In this document: piece by piece, positions 34,748 through 42,054 of the stretch | Numbering within the stretch: the first letter of the stretch is position 1 | How the letters are laid out: each line of letters opens with the position of its first letter | From: Candidatus Portnoybacteria bacterium | GTDB lineage: Bacteria > Patescibacteriota > Minisyncoccia > RBG-13-40-8-A | NCBI GenBank assembly: GCA_014728535.1 | Contig: WJLL01000053.1 | Coordinates: forward strand, 1 to 42,054 | Reading direction: 5' to 3' | DNA length: 42,054 nucleotides | Notes under the pieces: model-generated | What the model was told of the DNA's origin: nothing | Seen by the model: the letters and a program-made list of their open reading frames with translations, nothing else | Databases searched by the model: none | Position numbers and translations under genes: made by a program

Positions 34748-35878
34748 TTAAAAAGCCTTCTTATCAAGAAGGCTTTTGTTTATCACCATTAAGCCTAATA
34801 TAAGCCAAAATATAAAGGAAAGATCGTTTTTCCAATACAATGTATCAAAAAGCCCATGAATCAAAATATAGGCCATTCCAGACATCAATAACAAAGAAAT
34901 CTTTCCACCCTTAAAGCCCTCTCTATAAAACCACCACAATAAAATCAAAAAGCCAACAAAGCCTACAGTCCCTGCCTGAATTAAAAAGGCAAGATAAAGA
35001 TTGTGAGGCTGAGGAACCCCCCATTTAGGATAAGGAGGGAAATAGCTTTCAAAAGTGCCAGGGCCAATGCCTATAAAAGGATATTCTAAAAATACATCAA
35101 CTGCCTTTCCCCATATCAATAATCTTGCATCTATAGAAGAACTTCCTTCAGGCAAAATGTTTGATTTAAAGAAAAATAAACCCAAACAAATAATAAAAAA
35201 TAAAAGGCAAAAGAAAATAACTTCTTTTTTTCTTCCTTTTAAAAAATAAAGATAACAAAGACTAAAAACAAGAGAGCCTAAAACGCCAATCCAGGCACCA
35301 ATAGAAAAAGTAAGCAATAAAACAAAAAGATAAAAAATTACTAAAAAGAGCAAATAAGCTCTTTTTTTAAAATAAAACAATATTAAAGAAAAAATAAAAG
35401 CAGGAGCAATATACATTGCTAAAAAATTAGGAGAATTAAAAATGCCCTGCAATCTCCCCTGATGATTCCAGTCTCCAAACAAAGAAACAAGACCAACAAA
35501 AAAAGCAGAAAAAAGAAAAAAAATAATTACTTTAAATAATTTCTTTTTATCATCAACAATGCTTATTAAAACAAGAAAAAATAAAAAAGGAAGGATAAAC
35601 CACCCCTTCCATATACCAGCACTAACTCTAAAATTCCAAGAAAAAACAGTGCTTATGCTAACTCCAATAAAAAGAAACAATATTCCTAAAAACAATAATT
35701 TATTTTCCAAAAAAATCTTCTTTAAGCCGGCCCACCCTTTGCTTAAAAGCCACAAAACAAACAAAACTAATACAGAGATTTCTAAAAAATTAGTAGGAAT
35801 ATTAAAAACATCAAACCTTATTAAATACAAAGGAAAAAACAAAATAATAAAACAGAGGATATATAATAAGAAATTCAT
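34748..35878 (-). CDS. O-antigen ligase/polymerase-like (Wzy_C family) membrane protein
   Basis: 376 aa, polytopic, with a loop motif GRLQGIFNSPNFLAMYIAPAF typical of O-antigen ligase-like proteins. Confidence 0.65.
   Translation of the reverse strand: MNFLLYILCFIILFFPLYLIRFDVFNIPTNFLEISVLVLFVLWLLSKGWAGLKKIFLENKLLFLGILFLFIGVSISTVFSWNFRVSAGIWKGWFILPFLFFLVLISIVDDKKKLFKVIIFFLFSAFFVGLVSLFGDWNHQGRLQGIFNSPNFLAMYIAPAFIFSLILFYFKKRAYLLFLVIFYLFVLLLTFSIGAWIGVLGSLVFSLCYLYFLKGRKKEVIFFCLLFFIICLGLFFFKSNILPEGSSSIDARLLIWGKAVDVFLEYPFIGIGPGTFESYFPPYPKWGVPQPHNLYLAFLIQAGTVGFVGFLILLWWFYREGFKGGKISLLLMSGMAYILIHGLFDTLYWKNDLSFIFWLILGLMVINKSLLDKKAF
34751..34783. terminator. bidirectional terminator closing the T4SS-like operon, embedded in the 3' end of the convergent gene
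   Basis: AAAAGCCTTCTT-ATCA-AGAAGGCTTTT followed by GTTT. It overlaps the last codons (LLDKKAF) of the 34748..35878 gene. Confidence 0.7.
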
Positions 35879-37314
35879 ATTTCTTTTTTAATCAAAAGTC
35901 TGATTTCTTCTCTTGTTATGCCTTTTATTAAATAAAGAATTCCCCCATAAACAATAATCCCTAAGGGTATGATAATAAATAAACCGAGAGATTTAAAATA
36001 ATAAACAACCAATCCCATAATCAAGCCAGCAAGCAAACACTTAAAAACAACTCTAAAAGAACCAGCAAAATTAGAAACCTTTGCATTTAAAACAAATAAT
36101 CCAAGAGTAACAAGCGCTTCTGTAGCTAAGGTGGTAGCAGCAGCACCCATGTAAGAATATTTAGGAATAAATATTAAATTAGCAATAACATTGAATATCA
36201 TGCCTATAAAATATATCCAAGCTGCTTTTTTTTGTTTATTCAAAGCAATAATGCTCCTACTAAACAGGTTGGCCAAAAATATTACACCAATAGCAATCGC
36301 TAAAAGCTGAAGAGCAGGAGCAGATTCTCCAAAGCCCTCTCCCCCAATCAATAAAACTATGGGTTTAGCCAATAAAACTAACCCAACAACAACTGGAATA
36401 GCAAAAATAATAAGGACGTCTAGGCTTTTTTGAAAGATTCTTTTAAATTTATCACGATCTGTAAAAGCAAACTTAGAAAGAAGCGGCATTATTAAACCAG
36501 TAAACATGGCTGGAAAAAACACTAAACCCTCTAGAACCTTATAGGCCACATTATAAACACCAACATCAGCCATAGGATTTAAAGAAGAACGATTAATAAA
36601 GCCAAGAGAAAGAAATATGCTATCTATCTTAAAGTAAATCAAAGTAAGAACAATAGATATGCCTATAGGAATTGTGTTTCTAAAGATTTTTTTCCACAAA
36701 GAAAAATCAAAAGACAAACAAATAGAAATATATTTTCTTACAAAAATTAAATTTAAAATAAAAATTACAAAACTACTAGCAACCAAGGCTAAAAGAATAA
36801 TAAAAAGACTGGCTTTTATGTATATAAAGAATACAACCAGTCCTAATTGTATTAATCTACCAACAACCTCGGCTATTGCTGGCTTGTCCATTCTAAGATA
36901 TTTTTGAAAAACACCCATTAAAACTTGAGAGGCAGAAATAAAGAAATAAGCAATAGCGCCTATCATAACACCTATTTTAACTTGGCTATTATAAGGAAAC
37001 AGCCATATAGCAAGAACTGCTACTCCTAAAACAATAATCAAAACAAAAATTCTTAAAGTAAAGATATTGCTAGCTATCTTATTTTCATCTACATCGGGTC
37101 TGGAAATCTCTCTAGTCATCAAAGTATACAATCCTAAATCAGCCAAAATATTAAATGTATAAAGAAAGGCCAAGATAAGGCTATAATTACCAAAGCCCTC
37201 TTGGCCTAAATAACGAGCTATCAACCCTATACTAACCAGAGAGAGAATTACTCCAATTATACGGGCTGCAGCTGAAACTGCAGTATTATAAGCTATTTTT
37301 TTTGCAATTATCAT
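35875..37314 (-). CDS. MOP-superfamily polysaccharide/oligosaccharide flippase (Wzx-like)
   Basis: 479 aa, about 12-14 TM. The N-terminus (AYNTAVSAAARIIGVILSLVSIGLIARYLGQEGFGNYSL) is typical of Polysacc_synt flippases. ATGA overlap with the downstream gene. Confidence 0.7.
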   Translation of the reverse strand: MIIAKKIAYNTAVSAAARIIGVILSLVSIGLIARYLGQEGFGNYSLILAFLYTFNILADLGLYTLMTREISRPDVDENKIASNIFTLRIFVLIIVLGVAVLAIWLFPYNSQVKIGVMIGAIAYFFISASQVLMGVFQKYLRMDKPAIAEVVGRLIQLGLVVFFIYIKASLFIILLALVASSFVIFILNLIFVRKYISICLSFDFSLWKKIFRNTIPIGISIVLTLIYFKIDSIFLSLGFINRSSLNPMADVGVYNVAYKVLEGLVFFPAMFTGLIMPLLSKFAFTDRDKFKRIFQKSLDVLIIFAIPVVVGLVLLAKPIVLLIGGEGFGESAPALQLLAIAIGVIFLANLFSRSIIALNKQKKAAWIYFIGMIFNVIANLIFIPKYSYMGAAATTLATEALVTLGLFVLNAKVSNFAGSFRVVFKCLLAGLIMGLVVYYFKSLGLFIIIPLGIIVYGGILYLIKGITREEIRLLIKKEI

Positions 37315-37781
37315 TAAGGATAAGGCCTAATTATTATTTTCCTATTAGGCTCCTCTCCACTGCTTTCTGTAATAATGTCAGGTTGTTCTGCTAATTTCAT
37401 ATGAATTAATCTTCTCTCATAAGCAGACATTGGCTCTAAGCTTAAAGCTTTCTTCTCTCTTCTTACTTTTTGAGCAACTTCTAATGCTTTTTCTTCTAAG
37501 ACTCTTTTTGCTTTTTGCTTATGCTTATTGATGTCTAAAACAAGAAAGGGTCTATTTTTAATATCTTTAAAAAGCACCAATCTAACTAAATGTTGCAAAG
37601 CCCTCATTCCCATAGCGCTTTCGTTAAGAAACCACTCAGCGTCTTCTTGATTTAAACTAATATCAACATCAATCAATTCCTGATCTTTTTTTGAGGAATT
37701 ATCTTTTTTTGTATTTATTTCTTTAGGCTTAATGCCCATTGAAGAAAATATTTCTTCAATTCTTTTTTTGATCTTTTCCAT
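37314..37781 (-). CDS. jag: Jag/KhpB-type RNA-binding protein (KH-like plus R3H)
   Basis: 155 aa. C-terminal R3H region LEPMSAYERRLIHMKLAEQPDIITESSGEEPNRKIIIRP. Conserved position after yidC. The start is uncertain: 37781 overlaps yidC by 26 nt and ATG 37739 is the alternative. Confidence 0.8.
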   Translation of the reverse strand: MEKIKKRIEEIFSSMGIKPKEINTKKDNSSKKDQELIDVDISLNQEDAEWFLNESAMGMRALQHLVRLVLFKDIKNRPFLVLDINKHKQKAKRVLEEKALEVAQKVRREKKALSLEPMSAYERRLIHMKLAEQPDIITESSGEEPNRKIIIRPYP

Positions 37782-38472
37782 TTTTTTTGAATAAATAATT
37801 TTCTTGTAAAAAACCTATAACCGTACTTACAATCCAATAAAGAGGCAATCCTGCAGGAAAATTCCAAGCAATAAAAACAGTAATAACAGGCATGATATAT
37901 ACCATTTGCTTGCTCATTACTTGCTGCATTCCTTTTTGATTTCCAGGCTGAGGAGAAGGCGAGTGCTTCATCATTATTTTTGAATAGAAAAACTGTGAAA
38001 CGCCTGCTAATATAGCCAAAACAGCACTAGGCGCTGATAAATCCATTAATCCTAAAAAGGAAGGATTTATACTGCCAGGACTAGAAACAAAAGGATATAA
38101 TAATTCTAAGCTTCCAGGCTCTAAAACATTAATCAACACCCTATAAAGAGCAATTAAAATGGGAAGCTGAATTAATATAGGCAAACAGCCAGATAAAGGA
38201 TTGATGTTATGTTCCTTATAAACCTTCATCAATTCTTTAGTCTGCTCTTCTTTTTCCTTAAATTTCTTTTGAACCTCTTTTATTTTAGGTTGCAATTTGG
38301 AAAGTTCTTTTCTTGATTTAATCGACTTGTATGATAAAGGATATAATACAAAGCGTATTAAAATAGTTAACAATATAATGGCTATTCCAAAGTCTGGAAT
38401 ATTATTATATATAAAAACCAATGCATTTAATATTGGTCGATATAAAATTTCATTAAAAAGAGTTGCTAGCAT
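37756..38472 (-). CDS. yidC: membrane protein insertase YidC (short, Gram-positive-like form)
   Basis: 238 aa. YidC/Oxa1 core motifs ([58 protein letters not shown]). Confidence 0.9.
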   Translation of the reverse strand: MLATLFNEILYRPILNALVFIYNNIPDFGIAIILLTILIRFVLYPLSYKSIKSRKELSKLQPKIKEVQKKFKEKEEQTKELMKVYKEHNINPLSGCLPILIQLPILIALYRVLINVLEPGSLELLYPFVSSPGSINPSFLGLMDLSAPSAVLAILAGVSQFFYSKIMMKHSPSPQPGNQKGMQQVMSKQMVYIMPVITVFIAWNFPAGLPLYWIVSTVIGFLQENYLFKKNGKDQKKN

Positions 38473-38684
38473 GGATCATATCCTCCTTTATTAAAAGGAT
38501 TGCATTTAATAATTCTCTTAATAGACTTTAATCCCCCCCTTAATAAGCCATATTTTTGAATTGCCTGACAACTATACTCAGAACAAGTTGGGTAAAATCT
38601 ACATCCAGAATTAGGCATAAAATAATGTATTATAGGAGAAATTATTTTTTTATACCCCTTTATAATTTTAATAACAAAATTCAT
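38466..38684 (-). CDS. yidD: membrane protein insertion efficiency factor YidD
   Basis: 72 aa. [37 protein letters not shown] is the YidD signature. Confidence 0.9.
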   Translation of the reverse strand: MNFVIKIIKGYKKIISPIIHYFMPNSGCRFYPTCSEYSCQAIQKYGLLRGGLKSIKRIIKCNPFNKGGYDPC

Positions 38685-39022
38685 TTATGTAAATCAGCTT
38701 TTTTAAATAATTCTAAAACCTCTTCTTTTATTTCATTAAAACTTTTATCAACAACCTGAGGCTTAGCAATAATAACCATATCAAGCCCACTTTTTATATT
38801 ATCCACCTCTTCTTTGACAATAGCCCTTAGCCTTCTTTTAATCTTATTTCTAACAACAGCTTTTTTAGAAACCTTTGAGCTTACAATAAATCCAAATCTT
38901 TTTTCATCAGATTTATTTTTTGCTTTTTTAAAAAAAACAAACCTTCCGGCTATTGTTTCCCCCTTCTCAAAAACATTCTGAAAGTCTTTCTTCTTTTTAA
39001 GCCTGTATTCTTTTTTTAACAT
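38681..39022 (-). CDS. rnpA: ribonuclease P protein component
   Basis: 113 aa, basic, with [25 protein letters not shown] (RNR-like motif). Lies between rpmH and yidD. Confidence 0.88.
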   Translation of the reverse strand: MLKKEYRLKKKKDFQNVFEKGETIAGRFVFFKKAKNKSDEKRFGFIVSSKVSKKAVVRNKIKRRLRAIVKEEVDNIKSGLDMVIIAKPQVVDKSFNEIKEEVLELFKKADLHK

Positions 39023-39168
39023 CAGACTGTTATTTTTTTCCTCTTTTTATTTCTTCTTCTACTCAAAACACGCCTTCCCGCTTTTGTTTGCATTCTTTTG
39101 CGGAAGCCGTGTCTTCTTTTTCTTTTTCTTTTTTTGGGTCTATAGGTTAAACCTTGTATTTTTGGCAT
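39022..39168 (-). CDS. rpmH: 50S ribosomal protein L34
   Basis: Absent from the ORF track because it is under 60 aa. Hand translation of the reverse strand gives [48 protein letters not shown] followed by TGA. This matches L34 and the stop overlaps the rnpA ATG (TGATG). Confidence 0.92.
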   Translation of the reverse strand: MPKIQGLTYRPKKRKRKRRHGFRKRMQTKAGRRVLSRRRNKKRKKITV

Positions 39169-39366
39169 ATTATCTTATCTTAGTTTTTGTTTTTTGTATA
39201 ATTAAAGATTATCAATAAAAAATTATTTGGTCAAATTGGAAAATTTGTTTTTAAAATAATTCCACAACTCATCAACAATTTATTAACAAAAATAATTCTT
39301 GACTCTTATTTATCCACATTTTTCTTTGTGTTAAAATATTAAATAAGAACAAACTAAAGAATAACT
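39169..39366. other. rpmH-dnaA intergenic region: candidate oriC part / dnaA control region
   Basis: Very AT-rich. Perfect DnaA box TTATCCACA at 39310..39318, a TCCACA core at 39261, and an extended -10-like TGTTAAAAT ending at 39337, so the box sits about where a -35 would be. Confidence 0.6.
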
Positions 39367-40731
39367 ATGAGCAATCAAGAGCTTTGGAAAATTGCATTAG
39401 GAGAAATCGAACTATCAATATCAAAAGCAAATTTTATTACTTGGTTTAAAAACACAAACATAGTTTCTAAAAAAGGCAAAAAAGTAACAATAGGAGTGCC
39501 TAATGGCTTTACAAAAGAGTGGTTAGAAAATAAATATAATAAGATTATATTAAAAGCCTTAAGAAATACAGACAACTCAGTTAAAGAAGTGGTATATACT
39601 ATTGGAGGCTCGAAGAATCAAAACCAAAAAGAAACCAAGAGGAAAAATAAGAAAAATAATATTGATATAAAAGAACAACTCGATTTTCAAGAATGTCAGG
39701 TTGATAAAAAAACAAACCTGAATCCTAAATATAATTTTGAATCATTTATAGTAGCTTCATTTAATGAATTAGCTCACGCAGCATCTCAATCTGTAATAAA
39801 GGATTTAGGAAAAACATACAACCCCTTATTTGTTTATGGGGGCGTAGGTATTGGAAAAACACATCTTATTCAGGCTATTGGAAATAGTGTTCTGATGAAA
39901 AAAGCAAATACAAGCTATATTTCATCAGAAAAATTTACTGCGGATTTAATGACTGCCATATCAGAAGGAAGCGTGGAAAGATTTAAAAATAATTATAGAA
40001 AATATGATGTTTTAATTATTGATGATATTCAATTTCTGTCAGGAAAAGAAAAAACACAAGAAATATTCTTCCATATATTTAATACCTTATATGAAAATAA
40101 CAAACAAATAATATTAAGCAGCGACAGACCACCAAAAGCAATACCAACACTAGAAGAAAGATTAAGATCTAGGTTTGAAGGAGGTATGATTGCTGATATA
40201 GGACAACCAGATTATGAAACTAGATTGGTTATATTAAAAAGAAAAGCAGAAAGCTTGAATATAGAATTGAGTGATGAAATTTTTTCATATATAGCCTCTA
40301 ATATACAAAAAAACATCAGAGAATTAGAAGGCGCTCTAAATAGAGTAATAGCATTTATTAGATTAAACAACTCAATACCAACTAAAAAAGAATTGGTTAA
40401 AATATTAAAAACAATAATATCAAATCCAAGCAAAAGAACTAATTATAAGAAAATAATAAAGACTGTTGCTGACTTTTATGATATTGATACAAATGAATTA
40501 ACAAACAAAGGAAGGAGAAAAGAAATAGTTAAGCCAAGACAAATAATTATGTATTTAATGAGAGAAGAATTAAAAAGCTCATATCCCTTTATAGGAAATA
40601 AGGTTGGTGGTAGAGATCACACAACAGCAATGTATGCTTGTGAAAAAATAGAAAAAGAAATTGATAATGATAATAATTTAGAGCAAGAATTAAATCTAAT
40701 AAGAGAAAGAATATACAACACCAACATCTAA
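39367..40731 (+). CDS. dnaA: chromosomal replication initiator protein DnaA
   Basis: 454 aa. Walker A YGGVGIGKTHL, Walker B LIIDDIQFL, sensor and box VII regions, and a C-terminal DNA-binding domain (GGRDHTTAMYACEKI). Confidence 0.95.
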   Translation: MSNQELWKIALGEIELSISKANFITWFKNTNIVSKKGKKVTIGVPNGFTKEWLENKYNKIILKALRNTDNSVKEVVYTIGGSKNQNQKETKRKNKKNNIDIKEQLDFQECQVDKKTNLNPKYNFESFIVASFNELAHAASQSVIKDLGKTYNPLFVYGGVGIGKTHLIQAIGNSVLMKKANTSYISSEKFTADLMTAISEGSVERFKNNYRKYDVLIIDDIQFLSGKEKTQEIFFHIFNTLYENNKQIILSSDRPPKAIPTLEERLRSRFEGGMIADIGQPDYETRLVILKRKAESLNIELSDEIFSYIASNIQKNIRELEGALNRVIAFIRLNNSIPTKKELVKILKTIISNPSKRTNYKKIIKTVADFYDIDTNELTNKGRRKEIVKPRQIIMYLMREELKSSYPFIGNKVGGRDHTTAMYACEKIEKEIDNDNNLEQELNLIRERIYNTNI

Positions 40732-40973
40732 TAAGTTGTTGATTAATATGTTAAATACTCTGTTAATAAACATATAATAAAAATAGGATAAAAAATTAGC
40801 AAAAATAAAAAGAAAAATTATATTCAATTAACCAAGGTTTTATCCCCAGCTTTCTAAACAAAAAATACATTTAAAAATAATAAAATTTAAAGTCAAAAAA
40901 CAACTTTTCCACATTTTTCTTAAGTATATTAGTTATAATATATTTAAATTAATTAAATAAAATATAAAATACT
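40732..40973. other. dnaA-dnaN intergenic region: candidate oriC part with DnaA boxes and an AT-rich unwinding stretch
   Basis: One-mismatch boxes TTATCCCCA (40840..40848) and TTTTCCACA (40905..40913), flanked by long A/T runs (40861..40900 and 40921..40970). Confidence 0.55.
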
Positions 40974-42054
40974 ATGAAAATCATTTGTCTTCAAAAAAAT
41001 TTAAAGAAAGGATTAGATATAGCACAAAATATTGTTGGAAAAAATTTAACTCTTCCAATTTTAAATAATATTTTATTAAGTGCAGAAAAAAAGAAACTTA
41101 AAATATCAGCAACAGATCTAGAAATAGCAATAACTACAAATATACCCTGTAAAGTAGATAAAGAAGGGAGTATTACAATTCCATCAAAAACACTAGTAAG
41201 TTTTGTAAATTATCTACCAGATAAAAAAATAGAAGTAAATGTAAAAGGAAGTGATGCTCAATTAAAGTGTGAAAACTATAAATCAAACATAAAAGGCTTA
41301 AATGCAAAAGACTTTCCTATTATTCCAAAAATAAAAGGAAAACCAATTTTGAAAATTAAATCCTCTACATTTAAAAGTGCATTAGATCAAGTAATTAATT
41401 TTGTTTCTTTTTCAGATATTAGACCAGAAATTAGCGGAATTCTTGTTAATTTTAATAAAAAATTAAAATTAGTTGCTACAGACAGCTTTAGATTAGGAGA
41501 AAAAATAATAGAACTTAAAAAGAATAAAAGCAAAGATTCTTTTTCTTTTATTCTTCCCTACAAAACAGCTCAAGAATTAGCAAGAATATTAGATGATGAA
41601 GATGATGAAATAAGTATAACCGTAGAAGACAATCAAGTTTTATTTGAATTATCAGAAACAAAAATAATATCTAAATTAATTGAGGGGAATTATCCAAATT
41701 ATCAACAATTAATTTCTAAAGAATTTGAAACAAAAATAAGTATAGATAGAGAAGAATTATTAAAGGCAGTTAAATTAAGTAGTTTGTTTAGTAGTAAAAT
41801 AAATGATGTTAGGATTAAGGTTGACCCTAAAAAATCAAAAGTAGAAATTTCTTCACAAGACGCTGATTTGGGAGAAAATACTTCTAATATTGATGCGGAA
41901 GTAAAAGGAAAAGACGTTGAAATAATATTTAATTATAGATATATTCTTGAGGGTTTAAACAATATTAATTCAAAAAAAGTTTTTCTAGGATTTAATGGAA
42001 GTGAAAGTCCGGGAGTAATAAAGCCAGAAACAGATTCAACATTTACCTATATAA
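40974..42054 (+). CDS. dnaN: DNA polymerase III beta sliding clamp, 3' partial
   Basis: Absent from the track because there is no stop in the window. Hand translation gives MKIICLQKNLKKGLDIAQNIVGKNLTLPILNNILLSAEKKKLKISATDLEIAITTNIP..., the typical beta-clamp N-terminus. dnaA-dnaN synteny. Confidence 0.9.
   Translation, partial: MKIICLQKNLKKGLDIAQNIVGKNLTLPILNNILLSAEKKKLKISATDLEIAITTNIPCKVDKEGSITIPSKTLVSFVNYLPDKKIEVNVKGSDAQLKCENYKSNIKGLNAKDFPIIPKIKGKPILKIKSSTFKSALDQVINFVSFSDIRPEISGILVNFNKKLKLVATDSFRLGEKIIELKKNKSKDSFSFILPYKTAQELARILDDEDDEISITVEDNQVLFELSETKIISKLIEGNYPNYQQLISKEFETKISIDREELLKAVKLSSLFSSKINDVRIKVDPKKSKVEISSQDADLGENTSNIDAEVKGKDVEIIFNYRYILEGLNNINSKKVFLGFNGSESPGVIKPETDSTFTYI

Noticed and set aside
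1-42054. Alternative genetic code (UGA as Gly or Trp, as in some CPR-related lineages or Mollicutes).
   Set aside because: TGA terminates rpmH exactly at the conserved L34 C-terminus. Reading through the TGA at 29735 hits another stop within about 25 codons. All conserved genes are full length under code 11.

Overview
AT-rich, gene-dense, origin-proximal chromosome segment from a small-genome bacterium. The gene content and style suggest Patescibacteria/CPR, but that is my inference and not a database result. Standard code 11 fits: long ORFs are intact and TGA acts as a stop. The right end carries the classic origin neighbourhood: rpmH-rnpA-yidD-yidC-jag on the minus strand, then dnaA and dnaN (3' partial) on the plus strand, with DnaA boxes on both sides of dnaA. 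The left two thirds is housekeeping: clpP, tig, a membrane pyrophosphatase, nusA, a sugar nucleotidyltransferase, a MacAB-like ABC efflux trio, a NUDIX hydrolase, cca, three tRNAs, a thioredoxin-CcdA/DsbD-like fusion, rpsO, a NYN-domain gene, pnp, a LysM-CHAP hydrolase, pcrA/uvrD and rsmA. The stand-out is a tightly packed, single-strand 10-ORF block of about 12 kb (22901..34733) with its own extended -10 promoter and a terminator. It encodes a minimal type IV secretion/pilus-like set: a VirB2-like T4SS pilin, a PrgI/VirB3-like protein, a VirB4 ATPase split into two overlapping ORFs, and a VirB6/TrbL-like polytopic protein. These are mixed with orphan secreted proteins: a 913-aa cysteine-rich protein, a TSP3-repeat protein, a PD40 propeller protein and two small proteins. 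The window contains no relaxase, coupling protein, VirB11 or integrase. No CRISPR array, rRNA or transposase was seen. Shine-Dalgarno sequences are mostly absent. Several regulatory RNA structure candidates are reported (pnp leader, nusA leader hairpin). All homology calls rest on motifs read by eye and no searches were run.
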